From IMG/VR virus record IMGVR_UViG_2721755455_000009: a DNA stretch of 64,000 nt, one strand, 5' to 3'. Position numbers and translations under genes: made by a program. The notes beneath the pieces are model-generated. The model searched no databases and had not been told where the DNA came from. It was given only the letters and a program-made list of their open reading frames with translations. Source of the DNA: a virus. Positions 50,297 to 58,404 of this stretch are shown here, one piece after another. How positions within the stretch are numbered: the first letter of the stretch is position 1; every line of letters begins with the position of its first letter.

Positions 50297-50431
50297 GTTT
50301 TCTCCAGTACTAGGGGGCTACTTTAGCCGTATCCGGAAAGAAAATGGGGCTTGTGCGCCAAAGCACAAGCCCCGCAGATGCCAACCCGCCCGCCGATCTC
50401 ACGAAGCGGCAGGCAGGCGGTGCTCAAACCC

Positions 50432-51741
50432 TCAGGCCTGGCCCATCAGTTCGTCGAAGGACACGGCCTTGTCGGAGACCTTGGCCTTGCCCAGCACGAA
50501 CTCGGTCACGTTGTTTTCGATGACAACGGCTTCGACTTCAGCCAGGCGTTGGCGGTCGCCGAAGTACCAGCGTGCCACGTCTTCAGGCTTTTCGTAGCTG
50601 GCGGCCAGCTCTTCCACGTGGGCCTTGATCTGCTCGGGGGTGGCGTGCAGCTCGTTGGCGCGCACCAGCTCGGCCACCACCAGGCCCAGGCGCACGCGGC
50701 GCTCGGCTTGGGGCAGGAACACGTCTTCAGGGATCTCGGCCTTGTCGGCGTCCTTGATGCCGCGCTGCTGCAGCTCGGCGCGAGCGCCTTCCAGCAGACG
50801 GGCGACTTCAGCCTGCACCGAGGCCTTGGGCAGTTCCAGCTCGGCCTTGGACACCAGCGCGTCCATCACGGCCTGCTTGTTGCGGCCCTGGACGCGGAAC
50901 TTGACTTCACGCTCCAGGTTCTTCTTGATGTCGGCGCGCAGGCCTTCGACCGTGCCTTCAGCCACGCCCAGGGCCTTGGCAAAAGCCTCGTCCACTTCGG
51001 GCAGGTTGGCGGCCTCGATCTTCTTGACCGTCACCAGGAAGTCGGCGGTCTTGCCGGCCACGTCCTTGCCGTGGTAGTCGGCGGGGAAAGCCAGGGGAAG
51101 GTCTTGGACTCACCGGCCTTCATGCCGCGCACTGCGTCTTCGAATTCCTTGAGCATCTGGCCTTCGCCGACCAGGAACTGGAAGTCTTCGGCCTTGCCGC
51201 CGGAGAAGGTCTCGCCGTCGATCTTGCCTTCGAAGTCCACGGTCACGCGGTCGCCGTCCACGGCCACATCGGCCTGGGCGCGCTGCGCGAAGGTGCGGCG
51301 CTGCTTGCGCAGGATGTCCACGGTCTTGTCGATGGCGGCGTCGTCCACTTCGGCCGTCAGCTTCTCGACTTCGGCCGAGGTCAGGTCACCGATCTTGACT
51401 TCAGGCATCACTTCGAAGATGGCTTCGAACTGTGCCTCGCCCTCGGGAGCGCCTTCCTTTTCGGAGATGCGGGGCTGGCCGGCCACGCGCAGCTTGGCTT
51501 CGTTGACAGCCTGTGCAAAAGCCTCGCCAACCTTGTCGTTGAGCACTTCGTACTGCACCGAATAGCCATAACGCTGGGCCACCACGCTCATCGGCACCTT
51601 GCCGGGACGGAAGCCGTCCATCTTCACGGTGCGCGCCACTTGCTTGAGGCGGTTCTCGACTTCGCTCTGGATGGAGTTCAGGGGCAGGCTCAGCGTGATC
51701 TTGCGCTCGAGCTTTTCAAGGGTTTCAACAGTAACGGCCAT
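50432..51741 (-). CDS. tig: Trigger factor with a 1-nt frameshift near 51095 (likely sequencing error)
   Basis: GFRPGKVP; adding one C restores [17 protein letters not shown] and a 436-aa product. Confidence 0.92.
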
Positions 51742-52254
51742 GTTTGTTCCTATGAGGGATTGGACCGTGCCGGCTGCTGTACAGCCCGCACCGTATTGCG
51801 CAAAAGTCACGGTGCGACGCGAGCCAAGCCAGTCGGCCGCGCGGCACCTCAGATTTCAAGGGCTTACATCACATGCACCTGGCCGCTGGGGACCGCACAT
51901 GGTTCGCTCAACCCGTGATGTAAGCGAAGCCGGACATTATAAACGAGGCGGTTTTGCCTTCCAGACGCGCGCTGTTGCAGGGGAATCCCGCAATCCGCCT
52001 GGCCAATGCGCCTCCTCTACAGGAAGCGGGCTTGAGCAGTGTTCGCCGCAGTTGAGCGGCGTTGGTGCGTGGTGCGCGGGGGGCGGGTCGTATTCCATTC
52101 AAAAACAATCACTTGCCTTTACTGCGCGGGATCCGTGCGGGCCAATAAAAAGCTTTCGAGGCCGCCCGGCACACGCCAACCCAACATGCGCGCAGCCCGA
52201 CCAAAGGCCCTGCCAGTCATCGCCAATCAGCAGATGAAAAAGGGTCACATCAAA

Positions 52255-52299
52255 TTGAAACATCTGGTCATTCGACCTATACTGTATGTGCATACAGTA
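52255..52299 (+). promoter_or_regulatory. Sigma70 promoter overlapped by a LexA (SOS) box
   Basis: TTGAAA-17-TATACT; CTGT-atgtgcat-ACAG at 52282-52297. Confidence 0.88.
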
Positions 52300-52312
52300 G
52301 AAAGAAGACGCG

Positions 52313-52531
52313 ATGCAGCACCAGATTGAGACGGTCAGGGACGATGTGGAAAACGCCAGCGAGCAAGTGGCCGCCATCTGCGAGCTGCTGGCTGCAGCCC
52401 GGGGCACGGCCGTGCACGCCTCGGCCATTACCGCATTGCTGCTGCCGGTGTCACGCAAGCTCAGCGCGGCGGCGGGCGACCTGTCCGACCATCTGCATCG
52501 CAGCCAGGCAATTGGCAGCAAGCGCAGCTAG
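52313..52531 (+). CDS. Small helical hypothetical protein behind the SOS promoter
   Basis: 72-aa ORF directly after the SOS box and followed by a hairpin. Confidence 0.7.
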   Translation: MQHQIETVRDDVENASEQVAAICELLAAARGTAVHASAITALLLPVSRKLSAAAGDLSDHLHRSQAIGSKRS

Positions 52532-52549
52532 CCCAGCCCACCTTCGCCT

Positions 52550-52582
52550 CGACAAGGCCCCGCCCTGCGGGGCCTTGTCGTT
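52550..52582 (+). terminator. Strong hairpin / possible terminator
   Basis: cgacaaggccccgc-cct-gcggggccttgtcg perfect stem, weak U-tract. Confidence 0.6.
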
Positions 52583-52915
52583 CCTGCACCGGATACGCCG
52601 ATGGTGTGCCAGGTTTGCGCACAGGCTTCGGCGATTGCCCGGCTGGCGCCCCTGGGCAAACATGGCATTCATACCCGGCCCGCGCGCCGGACCCGGCCTA
52701 CCGCCTGCCCGTTGCCACCGCGATCCGGTGGCCTGAGGCGTTCCCGGCATCCGCAGCCACACGCATGGCGGGTGCACCAGGAACAGGTCCGCGCGGGCCG
52801 GCCCACGAGGAGCTTCAGTGAGTCTTGCCATTCCCTTTCCCGCGCCGGATCAGGCGATACCGCCACCGGCCCGTGCCGCCGCTCCCGCCGACCCTGCACA
52901 CAGGGAGCGCGCCTG

Positions 52916-53119
52916 ATGCTGGCCATTGCCCGTGAATACGAAACGCTGGACGAGCTGTGCATGCGCCAGCTGGGCGCCACGCGCGGCGTGGTGGAAGCCA
53001 CGCTGGAGCGCAACCCGGGCCTGTCGGCCCACGGTCCCCATCTGCCCGCCGGCCTGGCCGTCGAGCTGACCGAACCCGCCCAGGCGCCCAGCCTGCCCTT
53101 GATCAGTTTCTGGGATTGA
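52916..53119 (+). CDS. P2 gpX-like tail protein
   Basis: ETLDELC.R..G....VE..LE.NPGL...GP.LP.G..V.L ... WD. Confidence 0.88.
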   Translation: MLAIAREYETLDELCMRQLGATRGVVEATLERNPGLSAHGPHLPAGLAVELTEPAQAPSLPLISFWD

Positions 53120-53120
53120 C

Positions 53121-53387
53121 ATGGACCGAGAAACCATCGTCAAGACCGCCGCCCTGGAAGGCTCCAAGGCCGCGCCTCCCGTCACCGTCGTGGCCGCGAA
53201 CGTGGCCAATGGCTGGACCATGACCCATACCGCCACAGCGCTGACCATCGTCTACGTGCTGCTGCAGGCCGCGTATCTGCTGTGGCGCTGGCGCAATGAG
53301 CGCGAGGACCGGCGCGCGCGCCAGGCCGAAGACGCCGCGCGCAGGAAGGCGTCTTCGACCGCCACAGACACCGGAGCGGCCCCATGA
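53121..53387 (+). CDS. Holin
   Basis: Small TM protein with basic C-tail before the lysozyme. Confidence 0.7.
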   Translation: MDRETIVKTAALEGSKAAPPVTVVAANVANGWTMTHTATALTIVYVLLQAAYLLWRWRNEREDRRARQAEDAARRKASSTATDTGAAP

Positions 53388-53965
53388 GCACAGCGCGCAT
53401 GCCAGCGGCAGGACTGGGCATTGGCGCGGCCATCGTTGCCGCCTGGATTGCTGCAGAAGGCTTCAGCGCGGCGCCCATCATTCCCGTGCAGGGCGATGTG
53501 CCCACCATCGGCCACGGCGCCACGCGCTACGAGGACGGCACACGCGTGACCCTGGCCGACCCACCCATCACCCGCGAACGGGCGCGCGAACTGGCCATCA
53601 ACCTGCTGGAGCAGCAGTACGGCGCCTGCGTGCGTGATTCGCTGGGCGACACGCGGGTGCACCCGGCCGAGTTCGCCCAGGCGGTGGACTTCGCAGGCCA
53701 ATACGGCTGCGGGGCCTGGCGCGGCTCCTCGATGCTGGCCAGGACACGGGCTGGCGACTACGCCGGCGCCTGCCAGTCCTACCTGTCCTGGCGATTCATG
53801 ACCAGCACCCAGCCTTTGCAGGGCTTCAGCGTCTATCGATGGGATGGCGCAGGCCGGCCCACGCGCTGGCGCTTTGACTGCTCGGCACCCGGCAACAAGG
53901 TGTGCCGCGGCGTGTGGACACGCCAACAGGCGCGCCACGCGGCCTGCATGGAGGCCCAGCCTTGA
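53384..53965 (+). CDS. SAR-type lysozyme (GH24) endolysin
   Basis: N-terminal hydrophobic anchor, then EG...D.PTIGHG catalytic triad. Confidence 0.88.
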   Translation: MSTARMPAAGLGIGAAIVAAWIAAEGFSAAPIIPVQGDVPTIGHGATRYEDGTRVTLADPPITRERARELAINLLEQQYGACVRDSLGDTRVHPAEFAQAVDFAGQYGCGAWRGSSMLARTRAGDYAGACQSYLSWRFMTSTQPLQGFSVYRWDGAGRPTRWRFDCSAPGNKVCRGVWTRQQARHAACMEAQP

Positions 53966-54519
53966 TGGACCGCCTGCAAACCCATGCCTGGCAGCTGCTG
54001 GCCCTGCTGCTGGCGGCGCTGCTGGTCTGGCAGTCGCTGGCGCGGCTGGGTGCCGAGCGCGATGCGGCGCAGGCACGCACGGATCTGGCGACCGACCGCC
54101 AGGCCGCTGCCACCGCCGCGCTGCACGCATCCGAACGCTATCGACAACGGGAAGGAGCCTACCGTGAACGCCTCGACTTTCTTGCACGCGACACGGACCT
54201 GGCCCTGGCGCGCGCTGCGGCGGATGCCGATGCTGCCCGCGCTGCTGCTGGCCGGCTGCGCGGCGACCTCGCCGATTACATCACCTCCCACCGTGCCGCC
54301 GCCCAGGCTCGCGCCGCTGCCGGACAGTGCGCGCCAGACACCGGCGCCCTCGATCTGCTCGCCGAGCTGCAGCGCCGCGCTGACGAGCGAGCGGGAGCGC
54401 TGGCGCGCATTGCTGACGACGCCCGCCACCGAGGCAGCGCCTGCGAGCGCGCCTACGACGCCGGGCTCGCCCTGACCAGCACCATGACCCAGGACCCCCG
54501 CCATGCTCAAGCCCGCTAG
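53965..54519 (+). CDS. Rz-like i-spanin (DUF2514-like)
   Basis: N-terminal TM, coiled coil, G.ACERAYD motif. Confidence 0.82.
   Translation: MDRLQTHAWQLLALLLAALLVWQSLARLGAERDAAQARTDLATDRQAAATAALHASERYRQREGAYRERLDFLARDTDLALARAAADADAARAAAGRLRGDLADYITSHRAAAQARAAAGQCAPDTGALDLLAELQRRADERAGALARIADDARHRGSACERAYDAGLALTSTMTQDPRHAQAR
54164..54475 (+). CDS. Embedded Rz1-like o-spanin lipoprotein
   Basis: AAGGAG SD before GTG; lipobox LLLAGC; Pro-rich segment. Confidence 0.65.
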   Translation: MNASTFLHATRTWPWRALRRMPMLPALLLAGCAATSPITSPPTVPPPRLAPLPDSARQTPAPSICSPSCSAALTSERERWRALLTTPATEAAPASAPTTPGSP

Positions 54520-55012
54520 CCTGCGCGACGCGCTCGTCGCTGCCCTGCCCCAGCTGCAACAGTCGCCGGGGAACATCCGTTTCACCATCCAGAGGGGCCG
54601 TGTGGTCAACACGGGCACGCCGTCCCTTTCCTGGGAATACCGCTACACGCTGAGCCTGGTGATTGCGGACTTCACCGGCAGCATCGATGCCGTGACCGTG
54701 CCGCTGCTGGTCTGGGCGCGGCGCCACCAGCCCGACCTGTTCGACCATGCCGAAAGGCGCGAGCAGGCGATCCGCTTCGACATTGCGCCTCCTTCCACGG
54801 ACCCTGCAGCCGCCTCGCAGCCGCAGCAGCTCGCCATCGAGATCGACCTGGTGGAGGCCGTGCTGGCGCGCCCGCGCGAGGGCAGCCCCGGCGCCTTCGA
54901 CCTGATCTACAAGCCCGAGCCGCCGGGCCAGCTCGACATTGCGCAGCGCCAGTTGTGGGAGCTGTTCCTGTTCGGCGAGAAGGTGGCCGAGTGGAACTAC
55001 GACCCGCGCTGA
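54503..55012 (+). CDS. P2 gpR-like tail completion protein
   Basis: MLKPASLR..L, SWEYRYTL, PLL.W....QPDL. Confidence 0.88.
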   Translation: MLKPASLRDALVAALPQLQQSPGNIRFTIQRGRVVNTGTPSLSWEYRYTLSLVIADFTGSIDAVTVPLLVWARRHQPDLFDHAERREQAIRFDIAPPSTDPAAASQPQQLAIEIDLVEAVLARPREGSPGAFDLIYKPEPPGQLDIAQRQLWELFLFGEKVAEWNYDPR

Positions 55013-55027
55013 GGCGTGGCCCTGCTC

Positions 55028-55068
55028 CATGTCGGGCTGCATGTCGGGCCGCATGCCGGGCTGCATGT
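55028..55068. repeat. 12-bp tandem repeat (about 3.4 copies)
   Basis: catgtcgggctg catgtcgggccg catgccgggctg catgt. Confidence 0.8.
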
Positions 55069-55122
55069 GGCAGCGTGCGCCACGCCTGGCACACGGCGAC
55101 ACGCAAGGGCCCGGCCGGCACC

Positions 55123-55728
55123 ATGAACGCCATGGATTCGCCCGTCGCACAAACCGAAAGCCCGTACGAGATCATCCGCCGCCTGGAAGGGCTGATCCGC
55201 ACGGGCACCATCGCCGCAGTCCGCCATGCGCGCCCTGCGCGCTGCCGCGTCAAGACCGGCAACCTGACCACCAACTGGATTCCCTGGCTGGCCCTGCGCG
55301 CCGCAGGCGAGAACGCCAGCGTCTGGTGGCCGCCTGCCGTGGGCGAGCAGTGCGTGCTGCTGTCGCCCGGCGGCGACCTGCTGGGCGCCGTGGCGCTGAC
55401 CGGCATCTACAGCAGCGCCGCAGCCCAGCCCAGCGACCGCGAAGGGGTATGCCACACGCAGTGGAGCCCCACCGATTTCATGGAGCACGACAGCACCACG
55501 GGCCGTCTCAACATCAACGTGGCCCACGGCATCACGCTGCGCGTGGGCAACTCGGTGATCAGCATCGACGAGCAAAGCATCAGCCTGCAGGCCGGCGGCG
55601 GTTCGGCCACCGTCAATGCGCAGGGCCTGGCCGGCGCGCCCGATGTGACCACCGGCCCCATCAGCCTGCTGCGCCATCGACATGGCGGCGTCAGGGCAGG
55701 CGACGCCATCACGCAGGGGCCGCTATGA
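55123..55728 (+). CDS. P2 gpV-like baseplate spike (start 55123 or 55132)
   Basis: LIRTGTI, W.PW...RAG, P.VGEQ..LLSP.G, C-terminal HRH. Confidence 0.92.
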   Translation: MNAMDSPVAQTESPYEIIRRLEGLIRTGTIAAVRHARPARCRVKTGNLTTNWIPWLALRAAGENASVWWPPAVGEQCVLLSPGGDLLGAVALTGIYSSAAAQPSDREGVCHTQWSPTDFMEHDSTTGRLNINVAHGITLRVGNSVISIDEQSISLQAGGGSATVNAQGLAGAPDVTTGPISLLRHRHGGVRAGDAITQGPL

Positions 55729-56075
55729 ACCGCCATACAGGCCGCCGCATCGAGGGCATGGAGCATCTGCGCCAGAGCGTGGCCGACATCCTGTCCACGC
55801 CCATCGGCTCACGCGTGATGCGCCGCGACTATGGATCGCTGGTCCCGGCGCTGCTGGACCAGCCCGACAACAACGCCACCCAGGCGCGCCTGCGCGCCGC
55901 CGTGGCCAGCGCGCTGATGCGCTGGGAGCCGCGCATCCGGCTGACGCGCATCGTGATCGAGCGCGATCCGGCCGCACCCGGGCGCGCCGACCTGACGCTG
56001 ATCGGTACCTTCAACAACACGCGCCGCCCGGCCCCGCTGAGCCTGCAGATGCCCATCGCCCGCACCCTTTCATGA
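55725..56075 (+). CDS. P2 gpW/gp25-like baseplate protein
   Basis: HLRQS..DIL.TP.GSRVMRRDYGS, WEPRI. Confidence 0.93.
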   Translation: MNRHTGRRIEGMEHLRQSVADILSTPIGSRVMRRDYGSLVPALLDQPDNNATQARLRAAVASALMRWEPRIRLTRIVIERDPAAPGRADLTLIGTFNNTRRPAPLSLQMPIARTLS

Positions 56076-56929
56076 AGCAAGACATGACCCCTGCACTGGA
56101 CGCCCTGCCGCCGCCCGGCGTCGTCGAGACGCTGGATTTCGAGCGCATCCTCGACGCCCACCGCGCCGATCTGCTGGCGCGCCACCCGGAGGCCGCCGAA
56201 GTCCTGGCGCTGGAGAGCGAGCCGCTCAACAAGCTGCTGGAGGCGCACGCCTATCGCGAGCTGCTGTACCGGGCGCGCGTCAATGATGCCGCGCGTGCGC
56301 ACCTGATTGCGTTCGCCCAGGGCTCGGACCTGGACCACAAGGGCGCCTTCTATGACGTGGCCCGACTGCCCGGCGAAAGCGACGACCGCTACCGCCAGCG
56401 CATCCTGCTGCGCGTGCGCGCGCTGGCCGGCAGCGGCACGGCCGAGCACTACGAGCACCTGGCCATGACGGCCAGCGCCAATGTGCACAGCGCCATCGCC
56501 ACACAACCCCAGCCCGGCCGCGTGAGCGTGCAGCTGTGGCTGGTCGAGCCCGCACAGGCCGAAGAGACCCTGGCCATCGTGCTGTCGGCCCTCAATGCGC
56601 CAGGCGCACGGCCGCTGGGCGTACCCGTGTCGGTATCGCTGGCGCGCCCGCACCCCATCGACATCACGGCGCACCTGCTGCGCGAGCCCGGTGCGCCCGT
56701 GGACATCGTGGCGCGCCTGCAGGCCGGCCTGGCCGCCCAGATCGCGGCCTACGCGCTGCTGGGCCGCGATGTGCCGCGCTCGTGGATCACCACGCGCCTG
56801 CATGTGGACGGCATTGCCCGCGTCACCTACCCCGACGCCCAGGCCCCGGCCGAGCTCACGCCGCTGGCCGCCGACGAATACCCGGTGCTGGGCCGAGTGC
56901 AGCTGGTGGACGAGGGCCTGCAGGCATGA
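56072..56929 (+). CDS. P2 gpJ-like baseplate wedge protein
   Basis: LP.P.VVE.LDFE, ESEP..KLLE..AYRE, ESDDRYR.R. Confidence 0.92.
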   Translation: MKQDMTPALDALPPPGVVETLDFERILDAHRADLLARHPEAAEVLALESEPLNKLLEAHAYRELLYRARVNDAARAHLIAFAQGSDLDHKGAFYDVARLPGESDDRYRQRILLRVRALAGSGTAEHYEHLAMTASANVHSAIATQPQPGRVSVQLWLVEPAQAEETLAIVLSALNAPGARPLGVPVSVSLARPHPIDITAHLLREPGAPVDIVARLQAGLAAQIAAYALLGRDVPRSWITTRLHVDGIARVTYPDAQAPAELTPLAADEYPVLGRVQLVDEGLQA

Positions 56930-57906
56930 GCACCGCCGCCATCGTCCCGACGGCGCCCCGCCGCCACGTGCTGCCGCCCAACGCCACGGCGCTAGAGAAG
57001 GCCGTGGACCAGGTCGTCCCGAATTGGGACGGCCTGGCCGGCGCCTTTCCCGCGCCGGCCCAGGGCGAGCCTGCGGCCTTTCTGCCCTGGCTGGCGGCCG
57101 AATGGGGCATTGCCCAGTTCGACCGCTACTTCGACGACGTGCCCGCCCTCATCGCCAACGGCCTGCCCTGGCTGCGCGAGCGCGGCACGGCCGCTTCCAT
57201 GCAGCGCGCGCTGGGCTGGCTGGGCTATGACGACGCGCAGCTCGACGAGGATGGTGCCTGGCTGCACCTGGACCTGGGCCGCATCATCGGCGACGCAGAG
57301 CTGGCCAGCGTGGCCCATGTGGTGCGCGCCAGCCTGCCGGCGCATGTGCGCTTTTACCGTGTCTTCCACGGCCACGACCTGCGCCCGCTGCGGCTGGACC
57401 ACGGCCCGGGCCTGGACGCCGGCATGCTGGACAACGACAGCGGCACCTGGATCGATGTGTCGCCGTATGGCGAACCCGTCAAGCTCAGCCAGGGCCTGCC
57501 CCGCCGCACCGGCACCGAGGCACCGCCCTCGGACGGCGTGCTCACGGCCCAGCTGTTCCGCGTCACCACCATCGCCACCTATGCCGACCGCATGCTGCTG
57601 GATGCCTGGACGCTGGACAGCGAGATCCTGATCGACGCCAGCCTGGGCATCACCGAAGTCAACGCCACCACCACGGGCGAGCCCGCCTACTACGCGCCGC
57701 TGCGGCCCATTCCCGCCCAGGCCATGGCCACCCACAGCGCCTGGACGGCGCCCGCACCGCTGGCCCTGGCCAGCCTGCACCCCTGGGCCAGCACCGAGCG
57801 CCCGCACGACAACACCCGTACCTGGACCGGACGCTGGGACAGCACGCCCTGGCGCCGATCCTTCGAAACCCGCACCACCACCACCGAAGAACCCGAGGAA
57901 CCCTGA
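56926..57906 (+). CDS. P2 gpI-like tail protein with extended C-terminus
   Basis: LPPNAT.LE, FLPWLA.EW, RGT.AS. Confidence 0.85.
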   Translation: MSTAAIVPTAPRRHVLPPNATALEKAVDQVVPNWDGLAGAFPAPAQGEPAAFLPWLAAEWGIAQFDRYFDDVPALIANGLPWLRERGTAASMQRALGWLGYDDAQLDEDGAWLHLDLGRIIGDAELASVAHVVRASLPAHVRFYRVFHGHDLRPLRLDHGPGLDAGMLDNDSGTWIDVSPYGEPVKLSQGLPRRTGTEAPPSDGVLTAQLFRVTTIATYADRMLLDAWTLDSEILIDASLGITEVNATTTGEPAYYAPLRPIPAQAMATHSAWTAPAPLALASLHPWASTERPHDNTRTWTGRWDSTPWRRSFETRTTTTEEPEEP

Positions 57907-57908
57907 AC

Positions 57909-58394
57909 ATGGCAGTTCTGCAGCAAGCGGGCCGCATCGCCCTCGCCAAGGCCGTCGCCGCCCAGACCATCCACATCGCCTGGGGCCGCGGCCTGCCCGC
58001 CTGGGATGCCGCGCCCGAGCCCGAACCCATCACCGCCAACGCCCTGGTCGACGAAATCGGCCGCCGCCTGGTCACCGAGGTGCGCTTTGCGCGGCCCGAC
58101 GACAACGGCGAGATCGAGCTGCCCAGCGGCGCGCGCTACAGCGTCAGCGACACCCCCACCACCTTCGTCTACCTGCGCGCGGCCTTCGGCTTCGACGACG
58201 CCAAGGGCGAGGACGTGCGCGAGATGGGCGTGTTCTTCGGCACCCAGGTCGCCACGGACGTGCCGCCCGGCCAGCGCTGGGTGCTGGCCAGCCAGCTGAC
58301 CGGCAAGGGCGAGCTGTACACGCTGGAGCGCCGCCCCCGGATCCTGCGCAGCGGCAGCGTGCGCCAAGTCGAAGAAATCATCCTCCCCTTCTGA
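57909..58394 (+). CDS. Baseplate-associated protein
   Basis: MAVL...GR.ALA, IAWGRG, EIGRR, REMGVF. Confidence 0.75.
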   Translation: MAVLQQAGRIALAKAVAAQTIHIAWGRGLPAWDAAPEPEPITANALVDEIGRRLVTEVRFARPDDNGEIELPSGARYSVSDTPTTFVYLRAAFGFDDAKGEDVREMGVFFGTQVATDVPPGQRWVLASQLTGKGELYTLERRPRILRSGSVRQVEEIILPF

Positions 58395-58404
58395 ACGGCA
58401 CCCC

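Noticed and set aside
51085..51105. tig as a pseudogene or programmed frameshift
   Set aside because: One missing C in a short C-run restores a full conserved protein; most likely a homopolymer sequencing error, to be confirmed with reads
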